From the IMG/VR virus record IMGVR_UViG_3300016667_000092, positions 1 through 60,820 of that record: DNA of 60,820 bases, one strand, 5' to 3'. Position numbers and translations under genes: made by a program. Positions 1-9,228 of the stretch are shown here, one piece after another. Under the pieces are notes generated by a model. The model had not been told where the DNA came from and did no database searches. It was given only the letters and a program-made list of their open reading frames with translations. Source of the DNA: a virus. Lineage: Duplodnaviria > Caudoviricetes. Each line of letters opens with the position of its first letter. Positions within the stretch are counted from its first letter, which is position 1.

Positions 1-1105
1 AAAGCTTTAGTTGCATCTTTAGCACCACGAGCCAAAGCCTTGATCTGATTCTTCAGAGCCTGCTTCTCAGTGATAGTTACTTTGGTAACATCTTTCAGTC
101 TGCCAAGTATTCTATTGATTGATGGTGGTTCTTTGTAGGATTCAGCAAGCATACCATTCACCTGTCTGATGATGGCATCCTTCTGAATGTCGTCAGCTTT
201 CTTATATACATCAGACTTAGACACAAATCTCTTAACAAGATCAATCAACTCTTGACCTGATAGTCTACGCTTAAGGGCATTAGGGATAAGCGTGTTCACC
301 ACATCGTCAATCAGCTTCTCATATCCCGGTAGTCCTTCAGGTCCCTGCTCTACACGACGTGCCTGTTTAGTGGCAGCGGTAATAGGCGCAGCTTTCTCAG
401 TAGTAACAATCTCTTGACCTGTCTTAATAGACACTGCCATTTGATTAAAGAAGTCAATAACCTCTTTCTTGCTAGCCGTTTCGCTGAATGGTTTTATTAA
501 TCCATTAGTCAGCTCTGATACAAACTTATTAACTATAGCTGCAATCTTAGTGATAGTATCTATCTTGATTGACTTATCTTGATCAGCCATTACCGCAGCT
601 AGTTCAACCAACCACTCTTCGGGCTGCTCATTCTCGGCATATAGCTTAGCAAATGAATCTAACTTTTCAACGGTAGATCCTTTCAATACAGTAGTAAGTT
701 GGTCTCTGAACTGTCTGAACTTAGCCTTATTATCGCCAAATGTTTTAAGCATTACAGCGTGGGCTATTTCATGGTACACTGTAGTAGCGTTGGCTCTAGT
801 AAGATCAATGTCTATTCTTACATTAAGACTACCATCAGGGTTCTTACTATAGCTGAATAAACCAACAGAGTCTTGACCCTTAGTTAGTACTTTGGTTTGG
901 CGACTGTAGTCTTCTTGATTATCGAATATATAAATCTCACCGTTAGGGAACAAAGACTTGAATAGCTTAGCTACTGTTCTTATTGCGTCAATGACTGACT
1001 TTTTTCTAGCATCTTCAGCTACAGTAGTCTCTATATCTTTTACCCCTTGCTCATTTGTCAAAGGAGTCCCGTACTCAACCCTAGCTTTTACACCTTCTGC
1101 AGGGG
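1..1105. repeat. Terminal direct repeat, copy A (matches 59701-60820) with divergent core
   Basis: 1-356 nearly identical to 59701-60056; 958-1105 identical to 60673-60820; the middle ~600 bp is homologous but divergent and 15 nt shorter. Confidence 0.95.
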
Positions 1106-4100
1106 CTTGCCTTCCGGCAACTGCTCCGCCCACTGCGGTAGGGGCTGCTCCCACTCGCTCTCCGGCAGGTCCCCGTAAAGCAGATATTTCACGAGCCCTT
1201 TGTTCAGCACGTAGCCTCGCTCCTTCGCGAATTGCGTCACTTGATTTTTGAGTTTCAATTCCTGTTGACTTTCCCCAACTTGGGTTTGCGCTTCTGTTTC
1301 TTGCAATAAGTTCTGTTGCTCTTTCATATGGTGTTTGATTGTTAGTTCTAGTTTCTGTTATATAATCAAATGTTTTTTGCTTTTGCTCAGGAGTCCTGTT
1401 CTTATCATTGATACCAATACGTTGCGCCTCCCACGTAATAGACTGCATCTCTCTTGGCTTTATGCCTGCAATTCTAGCTGCATCAATATAGGCAGACTTT
1501 ACAAGGGCATACAATGGTTCAGCACCTCCGTTAAATAAACCAATTCCACCCGCATCATTAGCGGAGATTGGACTGTTAAGTGCTGCAGATAATGCGTGAG
1601 TGTCCGCTGTTACGTATGGTGTTTCAGAATCAGGATCTACAATATTGTTATAGAAGTTACGAACCTTATTACCACCACCCAATTCAGAGTTTATATTATC
1701 TATAGATCCATCCCTGAATATGCTAATAGCTTTACCTATCTCTGTGTTGGAGTTCCATCTAACAGGGGTAGTATCAAATCCTGTAAACTTTCCTTCAGGG
1801 TCTGTCATTGCAACCTTTGGAGAGTGTACCGCCTGATCAAATGCTCTAAGCATAGCAGCTTGTGTGTCTATACTTAATCCTTGATTCTGTAATTCATTAA
1901 TAGATACTTCACCATACTGATTGAATAAGTCCATTAAATCTTTAGCGAAACTATTAGGCTCTCCATTAGCGTCTGTATTATAAGCCACAGCTTTGCCTAC
2001 AATATCTTTAGTGAGCTTAGTGTCACCATATTTAGTCATCACTTCGATTGTTCGTTCAGCAACAGACACGTTATTGAACCAATCATTCTGAGGACTAAGA
2101 GCAGCTATGATACCACCAACCTGATCAATGCTAAGCTTATACTTCTGAGCAAGAGCTTGTGCCATTCTGTTAGCCCCTACATACCACTGCTTACTTTTCG
2201 CAATAAACTCAGGAGTCAATGAATCATACAGAGCTAACAGGTTTTGAACCATCATGTCCTTGAATTCAGCTAACTGTTGCTTTGCAGTTTTATTAATCTC
2301 TGCAGATATCTTAGCCTTCTCAGCTTTAGCCTCCTTGCTTGTTCCTTTAATTGCTTTATACTTCTCGCGAAGTTTGTTTAGTTTGTTAGTTATTTTTTGG
2401 TTTACAAATGGTAAACTAAAAGTTCTCTTCTCTCCCTTCTTTGTGTAGCTAACCTGCCCTGTTCCTAAGTTAGACGCGACTGTTACTACTCTGCTACTTG
2501 GTGCATGCTCCGATGATTCAATCTCTTCAGCGGTATAGTCTTCCGTATAACGCTCTTGCTTATCGGTAGATAGGTTTACAGTTGGGGCGTTAGAACCCTT
2601 GAATACAGGCTCAGTTCCTTGAGTAACAACTCCCGTCCCTTCAGTCTCAAGTGTGGTAGTTGCAGTAGGAAACTGAACCATTGGAGCCTGAGCCTTAGCT
2701 ACAGCAACTTCCTGTGTTTTCAAAGACACCTGTGGCGCACGATACATCGTGTCCTTTATGGTAAAGTCTTTATTCTCGCCCTTATTTTCTACAAAACCAA
2801 ACCTTTTATAAAAGTTAGTCAATCTTGAAACCGACTCACCGCCAAAGTCTATTGATGGTGTAAGAGTTATTTTAACCCCATTATCATCAGCATACTTGAT
2901 TATTTCTTCCATTACCTGCGTTCCAATACCTGTATCCCTTTGTTCTTCGGGTATTACAATTCTTGAAAGGGTCAGGTTGCCTTTATCTAAGCTCCCTAAT
3001 AGGTCTACTTTAACACCATACTTCTGCTCAAGCTGAGTAGAGAAATTAATAGGAGTTACTTTTTCTTGCGTGAGCGCAGGAGTGACTTGGGCTTCGGCCC
3101 CTGTGGTAGGGACTTGAGGTTTTTGGTCTCCTTCGCCCATTTCTTGCAATCCCAATTCGGGTCTTTGGCTGCGTAGCACGCCTTCATCTGTTGTTTGTTT
3201 TTGAATGGCATCTTCTGATATTTTTGTTAGTTGTTCATTAATTGCTGCAATACGATCGCGTTGTGGTTTAGTTAACGCCTGATCTTTTCCGTCTATAGAT
3301 CTTTCTAAATCTCTTCTCTCTCTCAAAAGATTCATTGCTTCTTTCTTTCCTTCTGTATCCAACCCCTCAGGAAGCGCACGGAATAAACCAATTGAATTAC
3401 GGTAGTCGTTAAGCGTTTCTTTAGCTTGATCTAATGTTATCTCTCCATTGTTTACTCTGTCCTTAAGACTAGTAACAAATGCTTTCTCAATCTTCTCATC
3501 ACCTGCTGCAGCCTCAAACAGCTTAAAGGTATTGTCATCCATACCCTTGAACCCTTGCTCACGATAAGCAGCAGCAACAGCAGATGGCATACCTAATACG
3601 AAACCTCCGATAGCTTCCTGCACACCTGCAGTCAGGATTTCCTTCACGTATCCTTTAACACTATCAGGAGTATCGAACATCTTCATAAACTCGCCATCCT
3701 CGTTTCTTTTATCCTTGATGACATTGTATACATCTTTTACTACAAGTTCTGCAGCTTGTTGCGCAGCACCTGTCTCAGCTTCTGCTAGTGCACCTCCGAC
3801 AATTGTGAGCGCACCTCTTGCAAGACCACTCTCTACTTCATTTTTTACCAAGTCACCAAAGGTCTTAGCAGTTGTAGTTGCACCTGCCTTCCCTAAAGCA
3901 CTCATCGTAAGTTTATTCAGTAGTCCTTTGTTGGCAATAATATTTCTGAAACCAATCTCTTCAAGTGCTGCTCCGGCAAGAGCAATAGGCGTAGAGATCA
4001 ACGCCTTCTCACGCTCACTAATATTTTTAAAGTCAGGGTCACTTTCCATCTCTTTCATCACAGCATCGTCTGTTTGTAAAAACATACGTACTGTTCTTGA

Positions 4101-5639
4101 GTACTTGTCTCCACCAAGAAACGAAGGCACAGATTCAAGCGCACCATATATAGCACCCGGCACTAATCCTTTTCTAATTTCCTGCGCATACTCTTCCGTG
4201 TCACCTGTGCCAATTGCTTTTACAGGAAGACCTCTAAGAATTTCTGTGATTGGTTTCCCTTCTATGTCTATCTGTTTTTCTTCTTTCTTTCTTTCATCAA
4301 TAAATCTAGACCTATATTCAGAAGCTTTGTCTCCAATACTATTTAACCATTTGCTAAAAGAAGTCTTAGATATGTTTCCATTTTTGTCACGCTCAGGAGT
4401 AGGCATACCTTCCTCTTCAGCATATTTAACGTAGGACTGAATAAGAGCAGGCTCTCCCGTAAATTCTCTTAAAGGAGTAACTACCTCTTCTAGTATGTCG
4501 ACCATCTGTCCGTAACCACCACTGATGATATTACCAATACCACGAAGAGGAGCATCGTATAGCTGACTATACCAAGTCCCCTGTTGGGCTTTCATCTCTG
4601 TATACTTACCAACAGCAGTCTCTAGCTGAGACTTTCTTTTGCCAATATCTCCCTGACGATCAGTAATAGATTGTGCTTGAGCTTGCAATCTCTGAAGCTC
4701 TGCTTGATATTTTTGAACTAATGTCTCTCTAGCAGGATCGTTAACAGGCATAGATGCTAACATCTTAGACTGCCCTTCTAATAATTTAGATGAACGGTAG
4801 TAGTCCTGAATATCTTTGTTAAGTTGATTTGCCTGAAATGATACTTGAGAGGTAGCTTCCTCTACTTCTTTGTCACTAATAAATTTCTTATTATCAACAG
4901 CATATTGTTTTTCAATCTCAGCAAGCTTTGCCTTTGGTAACGAAATGGTATTGTCTCTGATAAAAGCCCTAAGCTTTGCTGCTTCAGCAGTAGCTCCTGA
5001 TTCAGTCCAAGCATCTAAAGAGAAGCGAACTTTCTTTCCGTTAGGAGCTATAGCATCTACGTAATCACCAATACCCGCCTGCTCAAACTTAAATCCTAAT
5101 GGACCAAACTGATAGTTTAACTGTGGGACAACAACCTCTTCTCTCTTCTCAGCCATCTCAGGCTTCACTGTTTCAAGCAGTGGCTTTACATATTCGGGTA
5201 CAGCCTCTTCTTTTTTACGGGTAACCTCAGCCACCTCCTTTGGTAATACCAATGGTCTAGGTGCAGCAGTTGATACAGCAGCAGCTCTCTGTTGAGGGAT
5301 TAATAACTTAGGAGATTCTTGAGATGCCGATAAACCACCCTGCAATGACGATGCCATATCGGGGGCTTGCGCTTGAAGGACGCTTTGCTTTGGTTGTTTT
5401 TCTAGCTCCTGAGACAGTACTGCTGTTATCGGCAACTCTTTTTTTTTACTAGGGCCACCGCTAACCAAGCTACTAAACTCGGCAGGAGTTTCTACTAAAC
5501 CTTTTGAACGAGCATACCCAAACATATCTAAGTAAACCTCATCGTCATTTCCAAGAAGAGCTACAAACTCTTCACGACTTTTCTTGTATCCTTTATTAAG
5601 TGCTCGGTTATAAAGCTCGGTTATAAGATTCTCGTTCAT
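1..5639 (-). CDS. Giant polyvalent/internal virion protein, N-terminal part (runs off window start, continues in 56046-59700; ~3,100 aa in total)
   Basis: ATG at 5639 (MNENLITELYNRALNKGYKKS...); open frame that reads into TNEQGVKDIETTV, the same sequence that begins ORF 56046..60776; contains GNAT, glycosylase-like and HExxH domains; missing from the ORF track because it has no stop in the window. Confidence 0.88.
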   Translation of the reverse strand, partial: MNENLITELYNRALNKGYKKSREEFVALLGNDDEVYLDMFGYARSKGLVETPAEFSSLVSGGPSKKKELPITAVLSQELEKQPKQSVLQAQAPDMASSLQGGLSASQESPKLLIPQQRAAAVSTAAPRPLVLPKEVAEVTRKKEEAVPEYVKPLLETVKPEMAEKREEVVVPQLNYQFGPLGFKFEQAGIGDYVDAIAPNGKKVRFSLDAWTESGATAEAAKLRAFIRDNTISLPKAKLAEIEKQYAVDNKKFISDKEVEEATSQVSFQANQLNKDIQDYYRSSKLLEGQSKMLASMPVNDPARETLVQKYQAELQRLQAQAQSITDRQGDIGKRKSQLETAVGKYTEMKAQQGTWYSQLYDAPLRGIGNIISGGYGQMVDILEEVVTPLREFTGEPALIQSYVKYAEEEGMPTPERDKNGNISKTSFSKWLNSIGDKASEYRSRFIDERKKEEKQIDIEGKPITEILRGLPVKAIGTGDTEEYAQEIRKGLVPGAIYGALESVPSFLGGDKYSRTVRMFLQTDDAVMKEMESDPDFKNISEREKALISTPIALAGAALEEIGFRNIIANKGLLNKLTMSALGKAGATTTAKTFGDLVKNEVESGLARGALTIVGGALAEAETGAAQQAAELVVKDVYNVIKDKRNEDGEFMKMFDTPDSVKGYVKEILTAGVQEAIGGFVLGMPSAVAAAYREQGFKGMDDNTFKLFEAAAGDEKIEKAFVTSLKDRVNNGEITLDQAKETLNDYRNSIGLFRALPEGLDTEGKKEAMNLLRERRDLERSIDGKDQALTKPQRDRIAAINEQLTKISEDAIQKQTTDEGVLRSQRPELGLQEMGEGDQKPQVPTTGAEAQVTPALTQEKVTPINFSTQLEQKYGVKVDLLGSLDKGNLTLSRIVIPEEQRDTGIGTQVMEEIIKYADDNGVKITLTPSIDFGGESVSRLTNFYKRFGFVENKGENKDFTIKDTMYRAPQVSLKTQEVAVAKAQAPMVQFPTATTTLETEGTGVVTQGTEPVFKGSNAPTVNLSTDKQERYTEDYTAEEIESSEHAPSSRVVTVASNLGTGQVSYTKKGEKRTFSLPFVNQKITNKLNKLREKYKAIKGTSKEAKAEKAKISAEINKTAKQQLAEFKDMMVQNLLALYDSLTPEFIAKSKQWYVGANRMAQALAQKYKLSIDQVGGIIAALSPQNDWFNNVSVAERTIEVMTKYGDTKLTKDIVGKAVAYNTDANGEPNSFAKDLMDLFNQYGEVSINELQNQGLSIDTQAAMLRAFDQAVHSPKVAMTDPEGKFTGFDTTPVRWNSNTEIGKAISIFRDGSIDNINSELGGGNKVRNFYNNIVDPDSETPYVTADTHALSAALNSPISANDAGGIGLFNGGAEPLYALVKSAYIDAARIAGIKPREMQSITWEAQRIGINDKNRTPEQKQKTFDYITETRTNNQTPYERATELIARNRSANPSWGKSTGIETQKSSDAIREGARLRAEQRAREISALRGPAGERVGAAPTAVGGAVAGRQAPAEGVKARVEYGTPLTNEQGVKDIETTVAEDARKKSVIDAIRTVAKLFKSLFPNGEIYIFDNQEDYSRQTKVLTKGQDSVGLFSYSKNPDGSLNVRIDIDLTRANATTVYHEIAHAVMLKTFGDNKAKFRQFRDQLTTVLKGSTVEKLDSFAKLYAENEQPEEWLVELAAVMADQDKSIKIDTITKIAAIVNKFVSELTNGLIKPFSETASKKEVIDFFNQMAVSIKTGQEIVTTEKAAPITAATKQARRVEQGPEGLPGYEKLIDDVVNTLIPNALKRRLSGQELIDLVKRFVSKSDVYKKADDIQKDAIIRQVNGMLAESYKEPPSINRILGRLKDVTKVTITEKQALKNQIKALARGAKDATKA
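430..960 (-). other. Zincin-like metallopeptidase (MPTase-type) domain in giant protein, allele A
   Basis: TTVYHEIAHAVM (HExxH at 759-773) followed by EEWLVELAA. Confidence 0.7.
1088..1327 (-). CDS. Small acidic protein nested (+1 frame) in the giant gene
   Basis: 79-aa ORF with A-rich upstream (AGAACTAACAATCAAACACCAT-ATG); the giant frame over this stretch is a low-complexity R/A/G linker. Confidence 0.55.
   Translation of the reverse strand: MKEQQNLLQETEAQTQVGESQQELKLKNQVTQFAKERGYVLNKGLVKYLLYGDLPESEWEQPLPQWAEQLPEGKPLQKV
1410..2260 (-). other. HhH-GPD DNA-glycosylase-like domain (DUF7178-like) in giant protein
   Basis: Motifs SKQWY..ANRMAQ, IIAALSPQNDWFNN, GNKVRNFYNNIVDP, VTADTHA, PREMQSITWEAQR. 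Confidence 0.55.
2735..3055 (-). other. GNAT acetyltransferase domain in giant protein
   Basis: LSRIVIPEEQRDTGIGTQVM (motif A, RxxGxG) and LTNFYKRFGF (motif B). Confidence 0.75.
3056..3211 (-). CDS. Small basic protein nested (+1 frame) in the giant gene
   Basis: Manual translation MPFKNKQQMKACYAAKDPNWDCKKWAKETKNLKSLPQGPKPKSLLRSRKKK* (51 aa); A-rich upstream; resembles small phage proteins of the MPFKS.AQ...AK.W.KET...K.LP type. Confidence 0.65.
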   Translation of the reverse strand: MPFKNKQQMKACYAAKDPNWDCKKWAKETKNLKSLPQGPKPKSLLRSRKKK

Positions 5640-5650
5640 TGATTTTTATT

Positions 5651-7132
5651 TTACTTTTGTTCGTAGCTAGGAGGTTTAAATCCTAATTCCTCAAGCGTTT
5701 GAAGTGCAGTTTTCTTTTCAGGAATTGTAGTTTTACTTAAAGCTGTTGTCTCAGTATTCAACTTATTACTCTTTGTTCTACGAGCACCTCTCACGTAATC
5801 CTCAACATTCCCCTTGCCTCCTAATCCTGATACAGCAGATCTAATCCAATCATCTTTTGTAACTAATGCATTACCATCATCAGTATAAAAATTTATAGGT
5901 TTAGTACTTCCATCTGTATATGTAATAACTACACCATCTGTCCTTCTATCAACCTTAGCAACATTGGGTAAGTTATTGAAATAAGTTTGAGCAGCTTGAA
6001 CTTGTTCAGGTGTTCCGCTATACAAATATCCCAACATTGTTCCAAAGTCCTGAGAATCTCTAGCATCCTTAGAGTAAGCAAGAGTAGCAGCGTCAGCTCT
6101 TGGCTCAACGAATGTGCTAATCTCCTCCTTGCGCTTCAACATCTGTTCGATCTGACCCTTCATAAAATCTTTAACGGCAGCTTTCTGATCCTTAGTAAAC
6201 TGCGGGGAAGCCATATTAGTAGAAGGATCTATTCTTAATAGAATAAGATTAGGGTTCTTGGCAGCTTCCGTTTCATCGTAAGTATAGTCATACTCCTTAC
6301 CTGTCTTTCTATCAAAGCCAATATCCTCAGTGAGGATTGAAGATACATTATAGGGAACTTGTAGATTAGACTCAATAGCATCATCTACGGCTTTCTGATA
6401 ACCCGGACGAAGCATAGCATCCTCAATGGTAATAACCTGACCTGCTCTTGTAGTACTACCTCTTCTAATCTCAGCATCTATATACGAAGCCAAACCTGTA
6501 GCAATTTGCTCATTAGCCTGACGAGTATTAAACTTATCAAACTTGCCTTTAATTCTGTTACGAAGTTCATTAACAGATGCCACATCATTAGTTAATTCAT
6601 ATACCCCTTGCTCATTCTTCTTCATCTTACCTACGTTAACCGTATAGTCAGTAGGATTGATTAATGCTTTTGATTCATTGAAGTTTGCGAACCCTTCTAC
6701 GCTAGCCATAAGGAATGACTCAAGAGATTGAGACTCTCCTTTCTTGAAACGCTCCATCTTATCGGCATATTCTGCTTGGTATTCCTTAGCAAGATTGAAC
6801 ACCTGATCAGTTCCGTCAACAAGGTTCTGTCTCATAATGAGATAGTCCTTCAACTTTAACTGACCTGACTTTAATAATCTATCCTGAAGCAGTCTTGCTT
6901 GGGTTGCATCATTGGCATAGTTCAATGTCCAAGTATTAGCACCTGTGTGTTCTCCCGTAGGGGGAGATGCCAATACTTTACCATACTGTCGAGAAGCTTC
7001 ATCAATGGCAGCTTTCTTTTGCTCCCTGATCTTGTCTTCTTCTTTGAGCATATCGGTAACATCCCTACCTACTTCAGCCCAATTTATTTGACTGTCAGCG
7101 TTTCGCTCAGCGTATTTATAAAATGTTGCCAT
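5651..7132 (-). CDS. Putative ejection/internal virion protein
   Basis: 493-aa helical ORF between the ejection-like gene and the giant gene; podovirus synteny. Confidence 0.55.
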   Translation of the reverse strand: MATFYKYAERNADSQINWAEVGRDVTDMLKEEDKIREQKKAAIDEASRQYGKVLASPPTGEHTGANTWTLNYANDATQARLLQDRLLKSGQLKLKDYLIMRQNLVDGTDQVFNLAKEYQAEYADKMERFKKGESQSLESFLMASVEGFANFNESKALINPTDYTVNVGKMKKNEQGVYELTNDVASVNELRNRIKGKFDKFNTRQANEQIATGLASYIDAEIRRGSTTRAGQVITIEDAMLRPGYQKAVDDAIESNLQVPYNVSSILTEDIGFDRKTGKEYDYTYDETEAAKNPNLILLRIDPSTNMASPQFTKDQKAAVKDFMKGQIEQMLKRKEEISTFVEPRADAATLAYSKDARDSQDFGTMLGYLYSGTPEQVQAAQTYFNNLPNVAKVDRRTDGVVITYTDGSTKPINFYTDDGNALVTKDDWIRSAVSGLGGKGNVEDYVRGARRTKSNKLNTETTALSKTTIPEKKTALQTLEELGFKPPSYEQK

Positions 7133-7944
7133 TATCTATATCCAAGTATTTTAGACCAATCATAAAGTGGTTGAGCCGGAGCAAAAGGACTGATGCCTTG
7201 CATAGGCATAGCAAGTCCTGATGGAGTAGGACTAACTAAAGATGCAGGAACCATAGTATTCAACTGAGTAGCTGATGGAGTAGGACTAACATCATAAGGA
7301 GATACAAATGTGCCATACTGTTTAGGAATTGCTTTAGCAGTAGGACCGTATGTCTCAGCAGCAGAAACGCTAACACCTTTATTCCCTCCACCTTTTCTAG
7401 CATATAGAGGAGCTGCTGCTGCCACTTGCTGTCCAAGACTAGTAATACCTTGCAATGCTTGTTGAGTAGCACGACCTGCCATCTCATCTGCTTGTGCTGC
7501 TGCTAACTGTGCACCTGCAACCTCTTCTAAGTTTAATTGAACACCAACATCACGAAGACGACTCTCTTCTCCTGCAATAGCTGCATTGATAGCTTGAATC
7601 TCTTCGTTCATTCTTTTTGTAATATCCTTCTGCGCTTCTTGTTCGGCAAGCATTACTCTTCCTGCAGTAGCTTCAGCACCTCTATCAGATTCGCGAGCAG
7701 CCTCAACAGCTTGAGCTGCTGCTACAAGCTGAGCTTCTCTTTCTGTTTCATATACTTCTTTGTTAATGCCTAACTGCTCATAGTAGTTAACATCCAATTG
7801 TTTTTTGGCTTCTTGCATAGCTGTTTCAGCTTCAGATTGAGCCTTTCGTTGCAGCCTTCTTTGCTTACCTGCCTGAGCAAACGAAGCAGAGGTAGTAGCT
7901 ACTGTAGCTGCTGCACCAATTATCGCTGCTGTTGTTACTGCCAT
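7132..7944 (-). CDS. Putative DNA ejection protein (T7 gp14/P22 gp7-like position)
   Basis: Ala/Gly hydrophobic N-terminus followed by Ala/Gln coiled coil; synteny after tail genes. Confidence 0.55.
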   Translation of the reverse strand: MAVTTAAIIGAAATVATTSASFAQAGKQRRLQRKAQSEAETAMQEAKKQLDVNYYEQLGINKEVYETEREAQLVAAAQAVEAARESDRGAEATAGRVMLAEQEAQKDITKRMNEEIQAINAAIAGEESRLRDVGVQLNLEEVAGAQLAAAQADEMAGRATQQALQGITSLGQQVAAAAPLYARKGGGNKGVSVSAAETYGPTAKAIPKQYGTFVSPYDVSPTPSATQLNTMVPASLVSPTPSGLAMPMQGISPFAPAQPLYDWSKILGYR

Positions 7945-7945
7945 A

Positions 7946-8356
7946 TTATAATGCTTTAATCATTTCGTGAGTGTATGAGTCTGCTTTCATATAACCAAGA
8001 CTCTCATATGTCTCAATCAAACCTTGATGCTTAATCAAAGCATACGCAAACTTGTGTCCCGTATTTCTGCTTATGTTAGTCAAGGTCTCAATTAATAATT
8101 TTATAGCCTCGGTTCTTTGAGGCTTTTTTCTATATTGTTTGTTAGAGATAATCCAATCAACCCAAGCCACCTTAGAGTTGGTGGTATACACAAACCCTGC
8201 ACAGACCGGAATATCTTCATCCATAATCATAATACCACCTGTCCCATCGCCCGGAAGAAAGTCTCTTTGAGGAGACTCCCAACCCCAATCCTTCCACCAT
8301 CCTACAAGAATGTCATCATAGTCGCTTTGAAACAGTGGTCTTACAATAAGTTCCAT
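7946..8356 (-). CDS. GNAT-fold protein of tail/ejection module
   Basis: Start re-assigned to MELIVRPL just after a TATCTTTG promoter; VAWVDWIISNKQYR...YESLGY GNAT-like pattern. Confidence 0.55.
   Translation of the reverse strand: MELIVRPLFQSDYDDILVGWWKDWGWESPQRDFLPGDGTGGIMIMDEDIPVCAGFVYTTNSKVAWVDWIISNKQYRKKPQRTEAIKLLIETLTNISRNTGHKFAYALIKHQGLIETYESLGYMKADSYTHEMIKAL
8261..8276. repeat. 16-bp palindromic motif, 1-mismatch variant (intragenic)
   Basis: GTCTCTTTGAGGAGAC. Confidence 0.8.
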
Positions 8357-8362
8357 TGTAAA

Positions 8363-8370
8363 CAAAGATA
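8363..8370 (-). promoter_or_regulatory. Bacteroidota sigma-70 -7 element
   Basis: TATCTTTG on minus strand, 7 nt before ATG 8356. Confidence 0.6.
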
Positions 8371-8379
8371 CCAAAAAAA

Positions 8380-9216
8380 TCAAGGATAACTTTTCATCAC
8401 CTGAGATTCTACCGCAAATAATTCAATTTTATTATCCTCCGAGTTATCAAGGGTAAACACGCAGTAGTGACCCAATACCCCATGCGATTCAGCTACCGAG
8501 CTCTTTATGTAAAGGATATACGGGTCTTGGATGGCAGGAATAGTAGCTCCCGTGATCGTAGTGTCAACCGTAATCCTGTTCAGCCCTGTCCTATAATTGA
8601 CATTAATAGCAGTAACCTGCCCGAAAAGTAGAGGGGTAGTGTAAGGGGGAAGCGAGTAGTATGCCATGTCCCCTATGCTAATAATGTCCCCTATAGATAC
8701 AATGGTGGGGGTAATTTGGAAGTTTACCTCTACCGCTGCAGGAACAGTAGATACAATCGTGCTAGACCTACCAATCCCGTTCAGACTCCTAAGCGGATAC
8801 TCCTCAGGATTTGCAGGCACAGTACCATCGTTTCTAACAAATGCAAAGAATGATTGCTCCTTCTTCTCAAACCAAGAGGCATTGATAAAGCCTGAAGTCT
8901 GAATGTCAGTCTGAAGCACAGCTCCCCACTTAGCGTCACCCTCAAGGTTAATGGTCTTAAATAGCTTATTCTCAAGGGGTACGTCATTGATAACGCTAGT
9001 GATTCGGGTACTAGTGAAGGCCCCACCGGGATCTCCTAGCCTTACCCACCAATCAGCGTAGAAGGTATTCCTTAAAGCGTTCACGTTGTGCCTATAAAGA
9101 TTACCCCCCTTGAATGTATAGAAGTAGTTATTCATTCCAATCATCCAATCAGGGTAGTAAGAATAAAAGGAAGGCCACCCTTGTACCGCCTCGCTATATG
9201 ATAAAGTATACTCCAT
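8380..9216 (-). CDS. Tail structural protein resembling the C-terminal part of stabilization/nozzle proteins
   Basis: TLSYSE..GWPSFYSYYP, NKLFKTINLEG, FEKKE..FFA, IELFAVES motifs. Confidence 0.6.
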   Translation of the reverse strand: MEYTLSYSEAVQGWPSFYSYYPDWMIGMNNYFYTFKGGNLYRHNVNALRNTFYADWWVRLGDPGGAFTSTRITSVINDVPLENKLFKTINLEGDAKWGAVLQTDIQTSGFINASWFEKKEQSFFAFVRNDGTVPANPEEYPLRSLNGIGRSSTIVSTVPAAVEVNFQITPTIVSIGDIISIGDMAYYSLPPYTTPLLFGQVTAINVNYRTGLNRITVDTTITGATIPAIQDPYILYIKSSVAESHGVLGHYCVFTLDNSEDNKIELFAVESQVMKSYP

Positions 9217-9228
9217 GTTCGTTTTTTA

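Noticed and set aside
3715-4434. 239-aa plus-strand ORF (and similar antisense ORFs, e.g. 18366-18992, 43786-44238, 56359-56799)
   Set aside because: Antisense shadows of long genes; Ser/Leu/Phe-rich, with no motifs or initiation signals
5439-5447. A9 run near the start of the giant gene as a programmed frameshift site
   Set aside because: Nine A's read in frame (AGT AAA AAA AAA GAG), so no shift is needed
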